DNA from: Parcubacteria bacterium C7867-001 | Lineage (GTDB): Bacteria; Patescibacteriota; Minisyncoccia; Phycocordibacterales; Phycocordibacteraceae | Length of the DNA stretch: 64,000 nucleotides | Reading direction: 5' to 3' | Assembly (NCBI GenBank): GCA_001189095.1 | Contig: LFCK01000002.1 | Span: forward strand, 1,937-65,936 | Part shown: positions 58,870 to 64,000 of the stretch, one piece after another | Numbering within the stretch: position 1 is the stretch's first letter | Layout of the letters: each line of letters begins with the position of its first letter | Translations under genes and position numbers: made by a program | The notes under the pieces: model-generated | Told to the model about the DNA's origin: nothing | Database searches by the model: none | The model's input: the letters and a program-made list of their open reading frames with translations, nothing else

Positions 58870-61281
58870 TTATACCAACTTTGTTTGGTCTTGTAAAGCA
58901 TCTAGTTGTCCCCAGTTCTTCCCCGTCTTGCCCTCGGCTATGACTGGCACATTGTGCGCCTCCTCGAGGGGAAGGATAGATTCCATTACCTCCTTTATCT
59001 TAGGCGCGATACTGCCCACAATAGACTCCTCCACCTCGAAGACTAGTTCGTCGTGAACTTGGAGCAAAAGGTGCACTTTCTCGCGGACGCCCTCTTTCCT
59101 GAGCATTTCTTCGATGCGCACCATCGCGAGCTTAATGATGTCGGACTGCGTTCCTTGAAGCGGTGCGTTAATAGCCATGCGTTCTGCCTGCGCCCGAACA
59201 TATGGGAGTGACGATTTCATTTCTGGGAACTGGCGGCGTCGGCCGAAGATGGTTTCTGTGTAGCCGTGCTTACGTGCGAAGCCCTTCGTGCTCTCGAGAT
59301 ACGCGGAAAGTGTGGTGAAGGTGCCAAAGTAATCATCGTAGAACTTATGCGCTTCCGCGGTTGAGGAACCAAGCGAAGCACGGAGCGAATTTACGCCCAT
59401 CCCGTAGAGAATACCGAAGTTGATTATCTTCGCGCGTCGACGCATTTCGTAGTCGACCTTATCGGGCTCTACCTTGAATACTGCGGCCGCGACTTCCTTA
59501 TGAACATCGCGTCCCGAGCGAAAAATGTCGCAGAGCTTCTCATCGCCGGAAAGGATGGCCGCGAGACGTAGCTCGATTTGCGAATAATCGAGTGCAATTA
59601 ATACCGAGCCTTTCGGTGCGACAAACGCATTGCGAATAGCTTTCCCGCGATCGCTTCGAATCGGAATGTTTTGTACGCTCGGATTCGTGGTCGCCATGCG
59701 TCCAGTCACCGCGCCCGTCTGTATGAAATGCGGATGGATGCGCCCCTCCTTGTCCATAAGCGGCGGAATCGCATCGATGTAGGTGCCCAACAGCTTCTGT
59801 ATTTCCCGATATTCAAGGATATCTTCCACGATGGGATGGAGATCGCGGATTTTCTCGAGCTCGCTCTCGCGCGTCGAGCGCTGACCGGTCGAGGTTTTCT
59901 TCTGTCCCTTCGCAACAAGTTCAAGGTCATCGAAGAGAACTTCCGCAAGCTGCTTAGGCGAACCGACGTTGAACTCCTTCCCCGCATGCTTATGGATGCG
60001 CTTTTCAATTATTGAAAGCTCGGCGTGATATTTCTTTGCAAGCTCAGCGAGTGCCTTCTTGTCGATGAGAACGCCGTGCGTTTCCATCTCGCGGAGAATT
60101 GGCACGAGCGGCTTCTCGATGCTGTCATACACAAAGGAAAGCTTACCTGTTTCCTTAATGAGTCGCTCCAGCTCCACGTAGGCATCATCGAACTTGGTCT
60201 TCTTCGTGAATGCGAGTACGTCCTCGAGCGAAGGATTCGTGAAATCAGACGCCACAAGCCAGAGCATTACCTTCGCTTCGTCGAGACGAATAGGGTCAAC
60301 CGACTCCTCGTCTATCTCGTCTTCGATTTCTTCGTCTGCGTCGTCACCCTCATGACCGAGTACTGATTTTGCACGTGCGCGCAGCGAGCGGAATCCGAGC
60401 TCATCAAAGAGATTAAGGATGGTCGGAAGCTGCTTACCGTCCTTCCACTGGGAGTCTTCAAGTGAGAACGCGATGGGCGCGTCCGTCCGAATGGTCGCGA
60501 GATGCTTCGAAAAACGCGCATCCTCTTCATGCGTCTTTAAGAGTTCGACGATGCGCGGCTTAATACCGACTTCGATGAATTTTTTATCGCTCTTCGCGAG
60601 CGTCTTATACATATCCTCAATGGTGCCGAAGTTCTTGATGAGTTCCGTCGCCGTCTTTTCGCCGATGCCCGGTACCCCCTTGATGTTGTCGGACGGATCA
60701 CCGCGCAAGCCCTTGTAGTCCGCAATGAGGTTAGCCGGGAATCCGTAGCGCTCCTCGATGGCCTTTGCGTCGTAGAGGATGGTGTCATTGATTCCCTTCT
60801 TAAGGGTGTACACCTTCACGCGATCGCCCTCGGCGAGCTGCATGGTATCCATATCACCCGACGCAATGATGACTTCGAGTCCTTCCTCATTTTTCATGAG
60901 CTCAGCGACCGTGCCGAGAATGTCGTCCGCTTCAAATCCTTCGCGGTCGTACATAGGAATCTGGAACGCTTTGAACACATCGCGTGAGCGCTTCAACTGC
61001 GCGATGAGAAGTTCGTCTGTCTTTGCGCGCGTACCTTTATAGTCCGCATACACTTCGTGGCGAATCGTCGGCTTCGGAAGGTCATAGCACGCTGCGATGT
61101 AATCGGGTTCGAGGTCAGCGACGATACGCAGCAGCATCGACGAGAGGCCGTAGAGGGCTCCGGTTGGTTCGCCGGTAGGCGACGTGAAGTCAGGAAGCGC
61201 GTGATACGCGCGATGGATGATTGCATGCGCGTCGAGAAGGACGAGCTGCTTCTTCGAGCGGTTGATGGTTCGTTTAGGCAT
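58870..61281 (-). CDS. polA: DNA polymerase I (3'-5' exonuclease domain largely deleted)
   Basis: 5'-3' exonuclease (FEADD, GDPSDNIKGVPGIGEKTA), polymerase motifs DYSQIELR, AKIINFGILYG, QVHDEL. Confidence 0.96.
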   Translation of the reverse strand: MPKRTINRSKKQLVLLDAHAIIHRAYHALPDFTSPTGEPTGALYGLSSMLLRIVADLEPDYIAACYDLPKPTIRHEVYADYKGTRAKTDELLIAQLKRSRDVFKAFQIPMYDREGFEADDILGTVAELMKNEEGLEVIIASGDMDTMQLAEGDRVKVYTLKKGINDTILYDAKAIEERYGFPANLIADYKGLRGDPSDNIKGVPGIGEKTATELIKNFGTIEDMYKTLAKSDKKFIEVGIKPRIVELLKTHEEDARFSKHLATIRTDAPIAFSLEDSQWKDGKQLPTILNLFDELGFRSLRARAKSVLGHEGDDADEEIEDEIDEESVDPIRLDEAKVMLWLVASDFTNPSLEDVLAFTKKTKFDDAYVELERLIKETGKLSFVYDSIEKPLVPILREMETHGVLIDKKALAELAKKYHAELSIIEKRIHKHAGKEFNVGSPKQLAEVLFDDLELVAKGQKKTSTGQRSTRESELEKIRDLHPIVEDILEYREIQKLLGTYIDAIPPLMDKEGRIHPHFIQTGAVTGRMATTNPSVQNIPIRSDRGKAIRNAFVAPKGSVLIALDYSQIELRLAAILSGDEKLCDIFRSGRDVHKEVAAAVFKVEPDKVDYEMRRRAKIINFGILYGMGVNSLRASLGSSTAEAHKFYDDYFGTFTTLSAYLESTKGFARKHGYTETIFGRRRQFPEMKSSLPYVRAQAERMAINAPLQGTQSDIIKLAMVRIEEMLRKEGVREKVHLLLQVHDELVFEVEESIVGSIAPKIKEVMESILPLEEAHNVPVIAEGKTGKNWGQLDALQDQTKLV

Positions 61282-61705
61282 AAGAAATGATACGTCCCTC
61301 TCCTTCAACCCGAAGCGAAATTGCGTGATCGGCGTTCGGTAGTCCGTCTGCAACGAGCTCCGGCCACTCGAGGCATACGAGTGTTGCTGGATCCTTCAGC
61401 AGCTCGTCAAAACCGAGCGCCGGAAGATCCTTTCCTCCTTTAAGCCGATACGCATCGATATGCGCGAGGCGCGCATATGGCCCCTTCCCTGTTGCATAGA
61501 CTTTCTCGAGCACGAACGTCGGACTCGTCACCGCGTCCTCAATGGCAAGCGCGCGAGCAAGTCCCTGCACAAAGGATGTTTTCCCCGCACCAAGCTCACC
61601 GATGAGCGTGACGAGGGTCGCCCCCTCCGTTTTCGGCGAAAGCTTCTGGGCGAATGCTGCTGCCTCTTCCTGCAGCATCTCGAGGTTGGCGAGGTGTTTC
61701 TCCAT
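61274..61705 (-). CDS. tsaE: tRNA t6A biosynthesis ATPase TsaE
   Basis: GELGAGKT, VTSPTF, HIDAYRL, LEWPE. Confidence 0.95.
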   Translation of the reverse strand: MEKHLANLEMLQEEAAAFAQKLSPKTEGATLVTLIGELGAGKTSFVQGLARALAIEDAVTSPTFVLEKVYATGKGPYARLAHIDAYRLKGGKDLPALGFDELLKDPATLVCLEWPELVADGLPNADHAISLRVEGEGRIISYA

Positions 61706-61750
61706 CTACGCATTCTACCAAGCGAGGCTTCTAAGCGTTATCATGGCTGT

Positions 61751-63424
61751 ATGCCCGCTCATTTCGACTCCGACGCGCAAGACGCGAAGCTCGCCTCGAT
61801 GCGCGAGCAAGAAGAAGAGGATCTTGCTCGTATCCTTTCCGAGAAATACGGCCTTGTGTACGCCGACCTTTCCCTCGCCTCGATAAACGGCGACGCGCTC
61901 CGACTCATACCTGAAGAAAAAGCGCGTGAAGCGGAAGCGGTCGCGTTCGATAAGGTTTCGAAGAATGTCTCCGTCGCGGTGAGGAACCCGAACAACCCTG
62001 CACTCCCTCCCATCATTAGCGGGCTCGAAGAAATGGGATTGCGCGTCCAGCAGTTCATGGTGTCGCAAAAGAGTATCGATCGCGCACTCGCGCGTTATAA
62101 GGATCTTTCTCTTGCGCATGAAAGCACTGCCGGCACGTTCGACATTTCTGGCGCACAGCTCGATACCCTTTCAGCGCAACTCACGAGTGTGAAGGCGCTC
62201 ACGGACCACCTCGCGTCTATCGTCGAGCAAAAGAAAGGCGTGCAAATCTCTCGTGTGTTCGAGGAAGTGCTCGCGGCAGCATTCGTGCTCAAAGCGTCCG
62301 ACATACACATGGAGCCGGAGGAAACGCAGGTGCGTCTGCGTTTGCGCCTCGACGGTCTTTTGACCGACGTGTTCATGTTCGAGCCGAAGGGATACCACTT
62401 CCTCAACTCGCGCGTGAAGCTTCTTTCCGGATTGAAGCTCAACGTTACAAACCGCGCGCAAGACGGCCGCTTCAGCGTTGCGGTGAACGGAAAGGCGGTT
62501 GAGATACGCACCTCGGTCATTCCGGGGAATTATGGCGAGTCGGTGGTGCTTCGTATTCTCGATCCGAATTCCATACAGCGAACGTTCGAAGACGCTGGCG
62601 TGAACCCGAAACTGCTCGCGCGTTTGCGCGAGGAAATAAAGCGCCCGAACGGCATGTTGCTCACCACCGGTCCAACCGGCTCCGGTAAAACGACGACGCT
62701 CTATACCTTCCTTCGCGAGATGCATACGCCGGACGTGAAAATCGTCACGATTGAAGATCCGATTGAATATCACCTCGAAGGAATCGTGCAGACGCAGACG
62801 AACGGCAAAGACTACACCTTCGCTTCCGGACTTCGCTCCGTGCTCCGCCAAGACCCTGACGTCATTCTCGTCGGAGAAATCCGCGATGCAGAAGTCGCGG
62901 AAACAGCGATACAAGCTGCGCTCACCGGACACTTCGTGTTCTCAACGCTCCACACCAACAACGCAGCCGGCACCTTCCCTCGCCTTGTCGACCTCAAAGT
63001 CGATCCGAAGCTCTTTGCGTCCGCAGTTACGGTCGCCATGGCGCAGCGCCTCCTTCGCACACTCGACGACTCGACGAAAAAAGCGCGTCCCGCGACTGAC
63101 GCCGAAAAGAAGCTTATGGAGAAGGTCCTTTCAACGCTTACCGATAAATCACTCATCCCTGCGTCGTTTGATACGGTCTATGACGCAGTTCCGAGCGACG
63201 ACGGCTCAACCGGATATAAAGGACGGCTCGGTGTGCACGAAGCCATATTCATGGACGACGAGCTCGGCACCTTCCTCCGCGATAATCCGTCTGAGGGCGA
63301 CATTGCCAAGAACGTTATCCGTCAGGGCTACCCCACCATGGCGCAGGACGCGGTGCTTAAAGTACTCGCTGGTCGCACCACCCTCGAAGAAGTAACACGT
63401 ACGGTGGATCTCCCACGCGACTAG
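61751..63424 (+). CDS. GspE/PilB family ATPase
   Basis: ASDIHMEP, GPTGSGKTT, TIEDPIE, LRQDPD, STLHTN. Confidence 0.95.
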   Translation: MPAHFDSDAQDAKLASMREQEEEDLARILSEKYGLVYADLSLASINGDALRLIPEEKAREAEAVAFDKVSKNVSVAVRNPNNPALPPIISGLEEMGLRVQQFMVSQKSIDRALARYKDLSLAHESTAGTFDISGAQLDTLSAQLTSVKALTDHLASIVEQKKGVQISRVFEEVLAAAFVLKASDIHMEPEETQVRLRLRLDGLLTDVFMFEPKGYHFLNSRVKLLSGLKLNVTNRAQDGRFSVAVNGKAVEIRTSVIPGNYGESVVLRILDPNSIQRTFEDAGVNPKLLARLREEIKRPNGMLLTTGPTGSGKTTTLYTFLREMHTPDVKIVTIEDPIEYHLEGIVQTQTNGKDYTFASGLRSVLRQDPDVILVGEIRDAEVAETAIQAALTGHFVFSTLHTNNAAGTFPRLVDLKVDPKLFASAVTVAMAQRLLRTLDDSTKKARPATDAEKKLMEKVLSTLTDKSLIPASFDTVYDAVPSDDGSTGYKGRLGVHEAIFMDDELGTFLRDNPSEGDIAKNVIRQGYPTMAQDAVLKVLAGRTTLEEVTRTVDLPRD

Positions 63425-63430
63425 AAAGAA

Positions 63431-64000
63431 ATGAGCGCTGAAAAACGTACATTCACACCGACCGAAGCAGACCTCACGTTAGTGCGTGAGACGCGAAAAG
63501 CAGCTGACCCGACAACAATTTCTGAAATTGGTCCTCAAGAACTGCGGTTTGCAGGAACTAGTCTGTATAGACGCAACATATATACCGATGAGGTCGGTAA
63601 CCGCTGGCACCAGATGAGCGAACATAAACATCCGCAAACACAGCAATTTCTCGCGGGACTTTTAAAAGGTCTTGTGAATATTTCTGACGTGGTGAAAGCC
63701 CCATCGGGCGAGTACGTTTCTAAAGAGCTTGATCTAGAAAAAATAAAGAAAGAGACCCTCTTGCCTGAGGTTGAAGCGGAGGTGGCACTCCTTGCTGTTC
63801 TTGGCGATGTTGACCACTCCTCCACCAAAGAGCTCTACCACCCAGACGGCGTTCTACACAATATACGCTACGAAGATGAACGAGTTGCATACTTTGATAC
63901 TGAGTTTGCTTTCCGTGGATTATTTGAAAAGCCGCAGGATGCCGTTGTGCCTCTAGCTGAGGAGGAGATGCGGAAAATGACTCAGCTTGGTTTTGATGAA
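63431..64000 (+). CDS. hypothetical protein, possible HipA/PI3K-like kinase fold (partial)
   Basis: Open from ATG 63431 to the window end; 'LGDVDH...HNI...YFDTEFAF'. Confidence 0.5.
   Translation, partial: MSAEKRTFTPTEADLTLVRETRKAADPTTISEIGPQELRFAGTSLYRRNIYTDEVGNRWHQMSEHKHPQTQQFLAGLLKGLVNISDVVKAPSGEYVSKELDLEKIKKETLLPEVEAEVALLAVLGDVDHSSTKELYHPDGVLHNIRYEDERVAYFDTEFAFRGLFEKPQDAVVPLAEEEMRKMTQLGFDE

Noticed and set aside
61460-61750. N-terminal extension of the PilB-like ORF (likewise the long upstream extensions of dut, mscL, murE, polA and glyQS)
   Set aside because: They overlap neighbouring genes; downstream ATGs fit the family N-termini and mostly have -10 signals
1-64000. CRISPR array, prophage or IS transposase
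   Set aside because: No regularly spaced repeats and no cas, integrase, phage structural or transposase motifs seen

Overview
Chromosomal segment of a Patescibacteria/CPR bacterium (Parcubacteria-like; inferred from gene content such as rplK without rplA, an IleRS with an inserted domain, a type IV pilus kit and an S-layer-like protein). It starts in the 5' end of a stand-alone 23S rRNA gene with its own promoter. It carries translation, recombination and repair genes (rplJL, rpsF-ssb-rpsR, efp, metG, glyQS, ileS, argS, secE-nusG-rplK, rplS, rpsT, ftsK, recA, recO, ruvA, polA, holA), nine tRNA genes, pilMNO-like genes and a PilB-like ATPase, and a free-standing LAGLIDADG gene. Two candidates for an undescribed system stand out. 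(1) An eight-gene thymidylate/folate island (29.4-35.2 kb) in which a thymidylate synthase missing two phosphate-binding arginines sits with an HxHxQ nucleotidyl-transferase-type HIT protein, a HIGH-motif nucleotidyltransferase and a dCMP-type deaminase fused to a degenerate nucleotidyltransferase-like domain. (2) A four-copy structured element downstream of tRNA genes and efp, with an invariant CTGC-loop hairpin and extensively covarying stems around a GGA/GA internal loop. Also noted: pervasive leaderless-type gene starts, an rrn-like boxA in the long leader of the S-layer-like gene, tandem 9-bp repeats inside an HTH gene next to ftsK, and tRNA-Arg(GCG). All calls come from reading motifs by eye; no database searches were run.
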